Source: Bacillota bacterium (GTDB lineage Bacteria; Bacillota; Sulfobacillia; JAJZYS01; JAILZS01). From it: a DNA stretch of 64,000 nt. The notes below the pieces were generated by a model. The model was not told the origin of the DNA and ran no database searches. It saw only the letters and a list, made by a program, of their open reading frames with translations. Where the stretch lies: the NCBI GenBank assembly GCA_023512375.1, contig JAILZS010000007.1, forward strand, positions 894 to 64,893, given 5' to 3'. How positions within the stretch are numbered: position 1 is the first letter of the stretch; every line of letters starts with the position of its first letter. Of the stretch, positions 9,315 to 18,531 are shown one piece after another. A program made the translations under genes and the position numbers.

Positions 9315-10511
9315 CTAGGCCCCCGCCGTCGAGGCGTGCGCCCCGGTGGCGGGGGCGTCCGCACCCATGAGGAGGCCGAAGGTGGCCATGGCCAGCGCTA
9401 CCGCCGCCATCCAACCCCCCGACACCCACAGCCCTACCTGGACGCTGAGGGCGGCGGCCACGAGCCCCCCCAGGGCGACGCCCACCGCCTGGCTTGCGCC
9501 CATGACCATGGAGTAGACGGCCGACGCCCGCGCCCGCAGGGCGAGGGGGAATTCGAGCCGGTACAGGGCCATGACCGGCGTGAGCCAGGCCGTGTTCGCA
9601 AGGCCGAACACGATGTACAGGCCCAGGTCGACGAGCGGCCAGCGCGACGCCGCGAGCGCCGCCACGCTCAGGCCGGAGAGAAGGAACCCCCCCGCGATGA
9701 GGAGGCGGCGCCGCACCCTGAGGCCGCCGGCGATCGCCCCTCCCAGGGCGGCCATGGCCGCCCCCTGGGCGAGCTCGAACACGCCGAACCACCATACCGG
9801 CGCCCGCAGGAGGTCGTGCGGCACCAGCACCAGGAGGGGGTTGATCATCACCGACCCCACGGTGAACACCGCGACCAGGGCGACGATCTCCCGTCCCAGG
9901 GGAGAGGCGCCCACCGCCCGCATGCCCTCCACCATCGGCCTCCAGATGCCGCCCCGGCCGCCAGCCCCCGCCGCCACCCCGGCCAGGCTGGGCGGCAGGC
10001 GGAGGGCGAAGAGGGCGCTCAGGCCGAGCACCGCCGCATCCGCCAGGAAGGCGATGCGCACCCCGGCCAGCACCACCAGGAAGGCCCCCAGGCCGATGCC
10101 CACTAGGCTTCCCACCTGTTCCAGCGCCTGGGCCAGGCCGCTCGCGCGCATGTGCAGGTCGTCGCCGCGCGCGATCTCCGGCAAAAGCGCCCGGTAGGCC
10201 GGCAGGTAGAACACCTGCGCCGTCCCCATGAGCAGGCTCACGGCCACGTACGCCCACACCTTGGGCGCCGCCACCGCCAAGAGGACGAAGGCGGTGCGGG
10301 CGAGCTGCGACCCGAACATCGTGCGCCGCTTGTCCCAACGCTCCACCAGCACGCCCGCGGGCGGTCCCAGCAGGATGGCCGGCAGGAACGAGGCGAAGAG
10401 GATGGCGCCGGTCACGAGCGGCTCGCCCGCGCCGTGGCGGGCCGCCGCCACCTGCAGGGCCACGGGCGTGAACGAGAAGCCGAACATTTGGCTGGCGCGC
10501 GACGCCATCAT
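9315..10511 (-). CDS. MFS transporter
   Basis: About 12 predicted TM helices; hydrophobic MFS-like repeats throughout the 398-aa product. Confidence 0.7.
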   Translation of the reverse strand: MMASRASQMFGFSFTPVALQVAAARHGAGEPLVTGAILFASFLPAILLGPPAGVLVERWDKRRTMFGSQLARTAFVLLAVAAPKVWAYVAVSLLMGTAQVFYLPAYRALLPEIARGDDLHMRASGLAQALEQVGSLVGIGLGAFLVVLAGVRIAFLADAAVLGLSALFALRLPPSLAGVAAGAGGRGGIWRPMVEGMRAVGASPLGREIVALVAVFTVGSVMINPLLVLVPHDLLRAPVWWFGVFELAQGAAMAALGGAIAGGLRVRRRLLIAGGFLLSGLSVAALAASRWPLVDLGLYIVFGLANTAWLTPVMALYRLEFPLALRARASAVYSMVMGASQAVGVALGGLVAAALSVQVGLWVSGGWMAAVALAMATFGLLMGADAPATGAHASTAGA

Positions 10512-10713
10512 GGGCACGTAGCCCGGAAGGCGCCACAGTTCGCGCCAGGACTCCCAGCCGCGGGGCTTGTCTGCGCCCTCGCCCGCCACCGTTCGCCGCC
10601 CCCTCGCCCGCCGCCGTGGGTCGTGCCTGCTAGCTTGCCACAATCTGGTCCCGCTACCAAGGTGGGCCGGCCGCGGCCAGGTACAATGGGGAAGCCGGTG
10701 CGGGGGGGAGGTC

Positions 10714-12873
10714 ATGGGGGCCATGGACAACCTGGGCGGCAGGCGGCGCGTCCGACGCCGCATCGTCTTCCTGGTGAGCGCTTTCGCCCTCGCCCTCGCC
10801 CTGCTCGTGGGCCGCCTGGGGGAGCTGGCGCTGTGGGCCGGCCCCGGCCTTAGGGCCTACGCCGTGTCCGAGCGCACGCGCACCGTCGCCCTCCCCGCCC
10901 TGAGGGGCGAGATCCTCGACGCCGAGGGCCACGTCCTCGCCGGCAACATCGTGGTGGACGACGTGAGCGTCGCCCCCCGCTACCTCACGGCCACCGACGT
11001 CCGCGCCCTCGCCCGCGCCCTGGGCGTAACGCCTGCGGCGGTGCGGGCGCGCATGCGCCTCGGGTCCCCCCTCTACGCCATGGTGGCGCAAGGCGTGTCC
11101 TCCGCCGTGGGCGACCGGGTGAGCGCCCTCAACCTGCCCGATGTGGTGGTGACGCCGCGCGGCACCCGCACCTACCCCAACGGCGACCTCCTGGGTCCGG
11201 TCCTGGGGTTCGTCGGCGTCGACGGCCAGGGCCTCGCCGGCCTGGAGTACGAGGACAACCGCCTGTTGGCCGGCGTGCCGGGCGAGGTGACCGAACAGGT
11301 GGACGCGGGCGGCAACCCCATCCCCTCCCTCACCCACGTCGACCGCCCCCCCCGTCCGGGCGACACCTTGCGCCTCACCATCGACCGCACGCTTACCCTC
11401 TTCGCCCAACAGGTGCTCGACGCCGGCGTGCGCAAGGCGCACGCCACCGACGGCCGCATCCTGGTCATGGATCCGGCCACCGGCGCCATCCTGGCCATGG
11501 CCCAGTACCCCTCCGGCAACCCCAACGACCCCGGCGTGGGGCCGACCCGCGCCTGGGACGACTCCATCGTCCAGAACGTCTATCCCCCGGGCTCCACCTT
11601 CAAGCCCGTGACCGCGGCCGGCGCCCTGCGCGACGGCGTCATCACCCCCCAGACCACCTGGTACGACCCCGGCTACAAGGTGATCGACGGCGTCCTGTTG
11701 CACGGCTGGGAGTACCCGCGCGCCTTCGGGCGCGTCACCCTCACGCGCGCCTTTGAGGTCTCCTCCGACATCGCCTTCATCGACATCGGCCTCGCCATGG
11801 GCACCCGGCGCTTCTACCAGAACCTGCGCCTGTTCGGCCTCATGCAGCCGCCCCCCGTCGACCTGCCGGGGGCGGCGGCCCCCCTCGTCCTGCCCGAGCG
11901 CCTCGTCCGCCCCATCGACCTGGCGGACGAGGCCTTCGGCCAGACCAACGCCATGTCCGCTCTGCAGCTGGCGATGGTGGACAGCGCCGTGGCCAACGGG
12001 GGGCTGCTCGTGCGGCCGCACGTGGTGGCGGCCGTGTACGGGCCCGACGGCCGGCCGGTACGCACCTACGGCACCGATGTCATCCGGCGCGTCATGCCGC
12101 CCTGGGTGGCGGCGGTGATCACGCGCGGCATGGAGGCGGTCATCAGCCCCCAGGGCACCGGTGCCGCCGCCGCCGTCCCCGGCTACGTGCTGGCGGGCAA
12201 GACGGGCACCGCCCAGCTGGCCGTGGGGGGACGCGTGGGCAACACGTACATGTCCTCGTTCATCGGCTTCGGCCCCCTCCCCAACCCGCGGGTCCTCATC
12301 CTCGTGCAGCTCAACCGGCCCAAGGGTGCCTTCTACGGCGGACAGATCGCCGCCCCCCTGTTCGGCCAGCTCATGGGGGAGACGCTGCGCTACCTGGGCA
12401 TCCCCCCCACCCAGCCCCTGCCGCGCCGCGGCGTTCGCACCGTGCCCCGCGTGGTCGGCCTGACGCCGGCGGCCGCCGCCCGGGCGGTGACGGGCGCAGG
12501 TCTGGTGCCCCTCCCCCTCGGGGCCGGTCCCGATGTGGTGGCCACCGAGCCCGGCGCCGGCACGCAGGTGGTGCGCGGCGGCACCGTCACCCTCCTCCTG
12601 GGTCGGCCCGGCGGGCGGGCGCCGGGGGGCGTACCCGACGTCGTGGGCCTCCCGCTGCGCAAGGCCGCCATCCTTTTGGCCCAGCGCGGCCTTCGGCTCC
12701 TCCCGGCCGGGAGCGGCCTCGCCGTCTCCCAGACGCCGGCCGCCGGCAGCCCCGCCGTCCCCGGAGCGGCGGTGCGGGTGGTCTTCCGACTGCCGTCCGC
12801 CCCACCCCCGCCCCCCCCGCGCGTCGTCCCCGGGCGGGCCGCCGGCGGGGCAAGGCGAGGGGGCGGGGCATGA
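10714..12873 (+). CDS. Class B penicillin-binding protein (FtsI/PBP2B/SpoVD-like transpeptidase) with two C-terminal PASTA domains
   Basis: An N-terminal TM segment, the STFK active-site motif, an SSD-like SxN region and a KTGT motif. Two PASTA-like repeats follow (VPRVVGLTPAAAARAV..., VPDVVGLPLRKAAILL...). Confidence 0.85.
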   Translation: MGAMDNLGGRRRVRRRIVFLVSAFALALALLVGRLGELALWAGPGLRAYAVSERTRTVALPALRGEILDAEGHVLAGNIVVDDVSVAPRYLTATDVRALARALGVTPAAVRARMRLGSPLYAMVAQGVSSAVGDRVSALNLPDVVVTPRGTRTYPNGDLLGPVLGFVGVDGQGLAGLEYEDNRLLAGVPGEVTEQVDAGGNPIPSLTHVDRPPRPGDTLRLTIDRTLTLFAQQVLDAGVRKAHATDGRILVMDPATGAILAMAQYPSGNPNDPGVGPTRAWDDSIVQNVYPPGSTFKPVTAAGALRDGVITPQTTWYDPGYKVIDGVLLHGWEYPRAFGRVTLTRAFEVSSDIAFIDIGLAMGTRRFYQNLRLFGLMQPPPVDLPGAAAPLVLPERLVRPIDLADEAFGQTNAMSALQLAMVDSAVANGGLLVRPHVVAAVYGPDGRPVRTYGTDVIRRVMPPWVAAVITRGMEAVISPQGTGAAAAVPGYVLAGKTGTAQLAVGGRVGNTYMSSFIGFGPLPNPRVLILVQLNRPKGAFYGGQIAAPLFGQLMGETLRYLGIPPTQPLPRRGVRTVPRVVGLTPAAAARAVTGAGLVPLPLGAGPDVVATEPGAGTQVVRGGTVTLLLGRPGGRAPGGVPDVVGLPLRKAAILLAQRGLRLLPAGSGLAVSQTPAAGSPAVPGAAVRVVFRLPSAPPPPPPRVVPGRAAGGARRGGGA

Positions 12874-13958
12874 GCACCCTGGGTGCGGCCACCGTCGTCC
12901 TCCTCCTCCTCACCGTGGTCCTCCTGGCCGCCGTCCTCGCCCGCCTGCGCGCCCTCGAGGCGGAGGTGGGCAGGGCGTCCGGCGTCGGCGCCGCACCCCG
13001 GGCCGTGCCCCCGCCCCTCCCCGTCGCCGGGGCGGGGGGCGGGACGGGAGCGAGGGCGGGGAGAACCGGGCCCGGTAGCGCCGTGCGGCAGGAACGGCGG
13101 CTCGCGCCGCCAATTCGTCCAGCGGCTACCGCCCGCATCCGCCGTACGTTCGCCCGCACACCGCCGCCGGCCCGCGCCCGGACGCCCGGCGCCCTCGGTC
13201 CCCGCCCCCCGCCACCGGCACCCGCGCCCCGGGCGGCGCGGGCGCCTCCGCCGCCCCATGGGGGGTTCAGCATGCAGACCGAGACGGTCCGCTACGACGA
13301 CCTCAAGGCCACCGGGCGCTTGCGCCCGGGCACCCCCGTACGCGTCACCGCGGCCGAGCCGGGGCCCATCGCCGCCCCCCTGGAGGGAGACGACCAGCTC
13401 GTGGCCAACGGCGAGGTGGTGGCGGCCATGGCGCGCGAGCTGGCGCTTCGGGTGTGGGAGCACGTGCCGGGCACGACGGCCGGACGGGTGGCCATGCTGA
13501 GAGTGCAGGTGGAGCACGACGCCGCCCTCTACCTGGCCGACGTGGGCCCCGTGGAGACCCCCTCGCCGGGGGAGACGTTCTGGGCCGCCGTCCCCTTCGA
13601 GTGGACGCGCCTCAACCGGCGCGGCGCCTACCGCCTCAACGTCGACCTGCCGGTGCTCATCCACATCCCCGGCTCGGCCCACCCCGTCCTGCGCCGCATG
13701 CTCGACCTGTCCGCCACCGGCTGCCGGGTGGAGGCGGTGAACGCCCGCCCGGATGAGGTCGTGCAACTTCGCTTCGGCCTCATGCCCGTGGCGCGGGAGA
13801 TCATCGCCGCCGCCCGGGTCGTGCGCTCGGGGAAGAAGGGGGGCACGGAGTGGACGGCGATGGAGTTCGTCGACCTCGCCGGCGCCGACCGCGACCGCAT
13901 CGTACGCTACATGTTCGAGGAGCAGACCCGCCTTCTCGCCCAGCGCCTGCGGCGCTGA
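12870..13958 (+). CDS. Membrane-anchored PilZ-domain protein (putative c-di-GMP receptor)
   Basis: An N-terminal TM helix and a Pro/Arg-rich linker. The C-terminal domain carries both PilZ signature motifs: RLNRR (RxxxR) and DLSATG (DxSxxG). The ATG overlaps the PBP stop as ATGA. Confidence 0.65.
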   Translation: MSTLGAATVVLLLLTVVLLAAVLARLRALEAEVGRASGVGAAPRAVPPPLPVAGAGGGTGARAGRTGPGSAVRQERRLAPPIRPAATARIRRTFARTPPPARARTPGALGPRPPPPAPAPRAARAPPPPHGGFSMQTETVRYDDLKATGRLRPGTPVRVTAAEPGPIAAPLEGDDQLVANGEVVAAMARELALRVWEHVPGTTAGRVAMLRVQVEHDAALYLADVGPVETPSPGETFWAAVPFEWTRLNRRGAYRLNVDLPVLIHIPGSAHPVLRRMLDLSATGCRVEAVNARPDEVVQLRFGLMPVAREIIAAARVVRSGKKGGTEWTAMEFVDLAGADRDRIVRYMFEEQTRLLAQRLRR

Positions 13959-14198
13959 GCCGACGCCCGGCAGCCCGGCGACCGGGCGATCGCCAACCGG
14001 TCGGCCGTTGGAAGTTGCCCCTTGAACTTCGCCCGCGCCCACTCCTGCGCGCCCGCCGCCCGTGCCCCGCGACCACGTCCGCCGCGGGCGCTTTGGCGCG
14101 CCTGACAACCCTCCTCCCGTCCCCCTAAGCTGGCGGCGCGTCCTCCGCCCGAGGAGGGCGGACGACCGCCGAAACCGCTGGAGGAGGTAGGAAAGGCG

Positions 14199-15313
14199 GT
14201 GCCCGACGTCGCCACGTCCCACGCCCGTCCTTCGGCCTGGGCGGCTGCCGCGGTGGCGTTTGCCGCGGCGTTGGCTTGGGCCATCGGGCTTCTGCCCGCC
14301 ACGGCGGCAGGGCGCCCCGCCCCCTCCCGCGCAGCAGGGGCGGCCTACCGGGCCGTCCTGCCCCCGCACGCGTTCCTCGCCTTCGGCTCGGGCTTTGCGG
14401 GCAGCGCCTCCGCCGCGTCGTTCGCCGCCCATGCGCCGGAGGTGACGGCCTTCGCCCCCTGGGGCTTCGCCCTTCTGGCCGACGGGCGGGCGGTGGAGCG
14501 CGGGGGCGGGTCGGTAGGCGCCCTGGTGCGGTCCGCCCACCGGGACGGGCGGGCCGTCATCCCCCTGTTCACCAACGCCTTCATGAACGACGCGGTCCTG
14601 CTCGACCCGGCCGTGCGCGCCGCGGCCATCGCCAACCTCGTGCGGATCGTCCGCACCGACGGCCTGGACGGGGTGAACGTCGACTTCGAGGGCCTCGCGC
14701 CCGTCGACCGGGCGCCGCTCGTGGCGTTCGTGGCCGCCGTCGCCTCCCGCCTGCACCCCATGGGGCGCATCGTCACCGTGTCCGTGGGACCCGAGTGGGC
14801 GGGCGAGACCCCGGCCGACCGCGTGTACGACTACCGCGCCCTAGGGCGGGTAGCAGACGGCATCGTCCTCATGACGTACGACGAGCATTGCAACCCCGGC
14901 GCCCCCGGACCCATCTCCGGCCTCGGGTGGGTGGAGCGCGTCGTGCGCTACGCCGTCTCCCGCATCCCCGCCCCTAGGCTCTACCTGGGGCTCGCCGACT
15001 ACGGCTACGACTGGTACGGCATGAGCGCCCCCACCGTCACGGCCTCCCAGGCCCTCGCCCTGGCCCGCGCCGCCGGCGTGCCCGTGCGCTGGGACCCGGT
15101 CGCCCAGGAGCCGCACTTCTCCTTCCAGGCCGGCGGCGTGCGCCACGTCGTCTGGTTCGAGGACGGCGCCTCCGAGGCGGTGCGCGTCGCCCTCGCCCGG
15201 CGCTGGGGGCTGGGGGGGTGGCGCTGTGGCAACTGGGCGGCGAGGCGCCGGGCACGTGGACGGTCATCCGTGCCTACGCGCCGGCCGCGCCCGCGCCCTG
15301 GGCCCTGCGCTGA
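14199..15313 (+). pseudogene. Secreted GH18-family glycoside hydrolase (YaaH/YdhD-like peptidoglycan/chitin hydrolase) with an apparent -1 frameshift in a poly-G tract
   Basis: A signal peptide and the catalytic DGLDGVNVDFE (DxxDxDxE) motif. The frame-0 reading diverges after ...ARRWGLGG at about 15207-15218, a run of 7 G. The conserved GH18 C-terminus [21 protein letters not shown] continues in the +2 frame to a stop at 15311-15313. Confidence 0.75.
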
Positions 15314-15411
15314 GCGGTGCCGCCCGGCCGCCGGCAGGGCGCGGGGCGGCCGGCGCGAACCACCTCCCGGCGCCCGCCACCGGGCGCCGGGAGGTGGCTT
15401 CCCTGCATCGC

Positions 15412-15915
15412 GTGCACCTGGAGGCGGTCCGCGCCGACATCACCACCCTGGCCGTGGACGCGGTGGTGAACGCGGCCAACTCCGCCCTCGCGGGGGGCGG
15501 CGGGGTGGACGGGGCCATCCACCGCGCCGCCGGGGCCGAGGACTTGGCCCGCGCCTGCCGGGCGCTTGGCGGGTGTGCTGTGGGCGACGCCAAGGCGACG
15601 CCGGGCTTCCGCCTGCCGGCGCGGTGGATCATCCACACCGTCGGCCCGGTGTGGCGAGGGGGCGGGCACGGGGAGGACGAGCTTCTCGCCTCCTGCTACC
15701 GCCGCAGCCTGGAGGTGGCGGACGAGCTGGGGTGCGAAAGCGTCGCCTTCCCGGCCATCTCCACCGGCGCCTACGGCTTTCCCCCCGAGCGGGCGGCGCG
15801 CATCGCCGTGGCCGCCGTCCGCTCCGCCCCCACCCGCGTCGGCCGCGTCCTCCTGGTGGCGTTCGACCTCGAGACCGAGCGCCTCTACCGCCGTCTCTTG
15901 TCCGACGGCGGGTAG
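15412..15915 (+). CDS. Macro-domain protein (O-acetyl-ADP-ribose deacetylase / ADP-ribose binding, MacroD/YmdB-like)
   Basis: [41 protein letters not shown] and [13 protein letters not shown] motifs. A GTG start is inferred. Confidence 0.8.
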   Translation: MHLEAVRADITTLAVDAVVNAANSALAGGGGVDGAIHRAAGAEDLARACRALGGCAVGDAKATPGFRLPARWIIHTVGPVWRGGGHGEDELLASCYRRSLEVADELGCESVAFPAISTGAYGFPPERAARIAVAAVRSAPTRVGRVLLVAFDLETERLYRRLLSDGG

Positions 15916-16310
15916 GTCGAAGGCGCGCATGCAGTGCTGCAGACTCCGCCACCCCCGGCCGCCGCGCACGGCTGAGGCCCCGCCGTCTCGGACCATCGCC
16001 ATCGCCAGGTGGCACCGCCGACGGGTGGGCGCTCGCCGCCACCCATCGCCGTGCAAATCCCGTCATCCACCCGGCCCACAGGGTTCTGCCGCCGTGGCGG
16101 GCATCATCCGTACGGCGCCTCTCGACTGACGGACGGCGCAGCGGCGGGATGGAACAGGAGCTTCGCCCCGCCAGCGGGCGGGGAAGTCCCCGCACGGTCG
16201 TCCTTGCGCCGCGCAACCGGCGTTGTCCCCCACGGATCGCCCCAGTCCGGACGGGGGGTGCGTGTCAGAGAGGGAGCGAAGGGCGACGCAGCCGGCGCCC
16301 CAAAGCCTTC

Positions 16311-16964
16311 CTACCACTCCTCCTCGTCCCGGGAACTCGCGTCGCGTAGGACACCCGCGATCTGACTGCGGCGCGACAACCCGAGTTTGTCCAGAACCTC
16401 GCTCACGTGGTGCTTCACGGTCTTCTCCGACAGGTGGAGCCGTTCGGCGATCTCGCGGTTCGACAGCCCGTCCGCCACCGCCTCCGCCACCTCCCACTCG
16501 CGCGGCGTCAGGCCCCGGCGCGCGGGCGGGCGCCTGTGTTCGGTTCCCCCCGTTTGGACAAGCCGCACGAGAACGTCCGCGACCTGGTCGCGGAGGAGGG
16601 AGCGCCCTGCCGCCAAGGCGCGCACCGCTTCCACCAGGGCCGCGGAGTCCGTGGTCTTCGTGAGGAAGCCGTCCACCCCCGCGCGCACGCTTGCCAACAC
16701 CGCCCGGTCCTCGCCGTACGACGTGAGCACGAGAATCCGCGTGTTGGGCGAGACGGCGCGGATCTCCTCCACGGCAGCCGTACCCGGGCGGTCGGGCAGG
16801 CGCAGGTCGAGGACGAGGACGTCGGGGTGGTAGCGAGCGGCCGCCTCCACCGCTGCCGCCGCCGTGCCGACCATCGCCACCACGTCGATCCCCGGCTCGT
16901 CCCGGAGCACCGCCGCCAGACCCACGCGCACCACCTCATGGTCGTCGACGATCACGACCCGCAT
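16311..16964 (-). CDS. NarL/LuxR-family two-component response regulator
   Basis: A receiver domain (MRVVIVDDHEVVR...DVLVLDLRLPD) and a C-terminal LuxR-type HTH (LTPREWEVAEAVADGLSNREIAERLHLSEKTVKHHV). A strong AAGGGGGAGGGG Shine-Dalgarno lies upstream. Confidence 0.9.
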   Translation of the reverse strand: MRVVIVDDHEVVRVGLAAVLRDEPGIDVVAMVGTAAAAVEAAARYHPDVLVLDLRLPDRPGTAAVEEIRAVSPNTRILVLTSYGEDRAVLASVRAGVDGFLTKTTDSAALVEAVRALAAGRSLLRDQVADVLVRLVQTGGTEHRRPPARRGLTPREWEVAEAVADGLSNREIAERLHLSEKTVKHHVSEVLDKLGLSRRSQIAGVLRDASSRDEEEW

Positions 16965-16996
16965 GGCACCCCTCCCCCTTGCCCGCTCGAGGTCGA

Positions 16997-18478
16997 TCAA
17001 GCGGGAGGCGCCTGCAACGTGGCGACCTGCCCCAAGGCGGCGCACACGCCGTGCGGCAGGCGTAGCCGCCAGACCAGTCCGCCGCGGGCGCCCGCCTCGA
17101 TCGCGAACGAGCCCCCCAGGGACTCGATGCGTTGGCGTACGTGGCGGATCCCGTGGCCTTCGCACAAGCCCTGCCGGGGAGGCCCCGTGCCGTTATCCGT
17201 CACCCGCACCCCCACCTCGCCACCGTTCGTCCGCCGCCAGGCCACCCACACCTGGGTGGCCTTCCCATGCCGGGCGGCGTTCGCCACCGCTTCGCTCAGG
17301 CAGGCACCGAGTTCGACCGCGCACGCCGGCGTAAGGCCTAGCGCCACGGCGCCGCCTCGCCAGCGGAGCTGTACGCCGTACATGCGCGCCGTGGCGCGTA
17401 CGGTGGCATGGAGGTCGAGCGCCGGCGGGCGGCCGGCGTCGGCGTCGAGCAGGCCTCGGATCGTGGTCATGGCGCGCTCGATGGCATCCATGGCCAAGTC
17501 GAGGCTCATCGCGTCGCTGAGTTGGTGGAGCCCCCGCCGCCGGGCACGGTCGAGCTGGATGCCCACCGCATACAGGGACTGAAGGGCGCTGTCGTGCAGC
17601 TCCATGGCGATACGCCGCCGTTCCGCCTCCCGCGCCCGCTCGGCGGCGCTCCTCTCCAACCGCCCGCGGTGGATCGCCACCGCGGCCTCTAACGCGAACA
17701 TCTCCAACAGACGCTCCTCGTCGGCGGTGAACGGAGCCCCGTCGCCATGCTCGCCCAGGTAGAGGTGGCCGAGAAGCTGGCCCTGCCAGCGCACGGGCAC
17801 GCCGAGGAAGGTGCGAACGTCGGGATGCCCGGCGGGAAAGCCGGTGAAGTCGGGTTCCGACGGCACGTCGCCCAGCCGTACGGGCTCGTTGCCCATCAGG
17901 CGGCGAAGGAGGCCGCGATGGGCGGGCGGGCTGCCCACACGCTGCGCCTGTTCGGGCGACATGCCATAGGTGACGAACTCGACCACCCGTCCGTCCTCGC
18001 CGATCTCCGCCAGGGCTCCGTACCGCGCCTGCGCCAACTCGGCCGCCAGGGCGACGATGCGGGAGAGCACCTGGGGGTAGGCCTCCTCCCGCGCGATGGC
18101 GACGGAAGCCTCGTGCAAGGCCTCCAGCTGCCGCCTGCCTCTCTGTGCCTGCTCGTACAGCGTTGCCAGCTCTCGCCGCCGCTCTTCCAGCCTACGCTGC
18201 AAGCGCTCGAGCTGATCGAAGGTGACCCACACCAGGACGCCGATCACCGCCACCTCGGCGAACACCATGTAGCGCTCGACCACTTCTTCCACGCTCGTGC
18301 CGGTGCGCAGCCACGGCTCGATCACAAGGTCGAACCCGAACTCGGCGACGGCGAGGGCAGCCACGATCCACCACTTCAGCCGCCGCGTCTGGTCGGGGCG
18401 CGGGATCGTCTCCATTGCCTGGGCCGGCATCTCCGCTCCCTGGCCCGACATGCCCATCACCTCGCTCCCAGGCCGCAC
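16997..18478 (-). CDS. Sensor histidine kinase (HisKA_3/NarX-like) with two N-terminal TM helices and a GAF domain
   Basis: The H-box ELHDSALQSLYAVGIQLD, an HATPase_c region (NAARHGKA...DNGTGPP...GHGIRHVRQRIESLGG) and a GAF-like central region. It lies immediately upstream of the response regulator. Confidence 0.85.
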   Translation of the reverse strand: MRPGSEVMGMSGQGAEMPAQAMETIPRPDQTRRLKWWIVAALAVAEFGFDLVIEPWLRTGTSVEEVVERYMVFAEVAVIGVLVWVTFDQLERLQRRLEERRRELATLYEQAQRGRRQLEALHEASVAIAREEAYPQVLSRIVALAAELAQARYGALAEIGEDGRVVEFVTYGMSPEQAQRVGSPPAHRGLLRRLMGNEPVRLGDVPSEPDFTGFPAGHPDVRTFLGVPVRWQGQLLGHLYLGEHGDGAPFTADEERLLEMFALEAAVAIHRGRLERSAAERAREAERRRIAMELHDSALQSLYAVGIQLDRARRRGLHQLSDAMSLDLAMDAIERAMTTIRGLLDADAGRPPALDLHATVRATARMYGVQLRWRGGAVALGLTPACAVELGACLSEAVANAARHGKATQVWVAWRRTNGGEVGVRVTDNGTGPPRQGLCEGHGIRHVRQRIESLGGSFAIEAGARGGLVWRLRLPHGVCAALGQVATLQAPPA

Positions 18479-18531
18479 GATTCCCCGCAGGCGAGCGGTT
18501 CCATGGTGAGTGCCCGGCTCCTGCCGGCCGC

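Noticed and set aside
4957-9318. ORFs 4957..6408(-), 5232..6833(+), 6200..7120(+), 7120..9318(+), 8037..8651(-) and similar
   Set aside because: Out-of-frame or antisense to well-supported hbd, HAD, hydrolase and glxK genes. Gly/Arg/Pro-rich products; artefacts.
12390-14756. 788-aa minus-strand ORF spanning the PBP 3' end, the PilZ gene and the GH18 5' end
   Set aside because: Antisense to three independent, motif-bearing genes. Product is low-complexity Gly/Arg/Pro.
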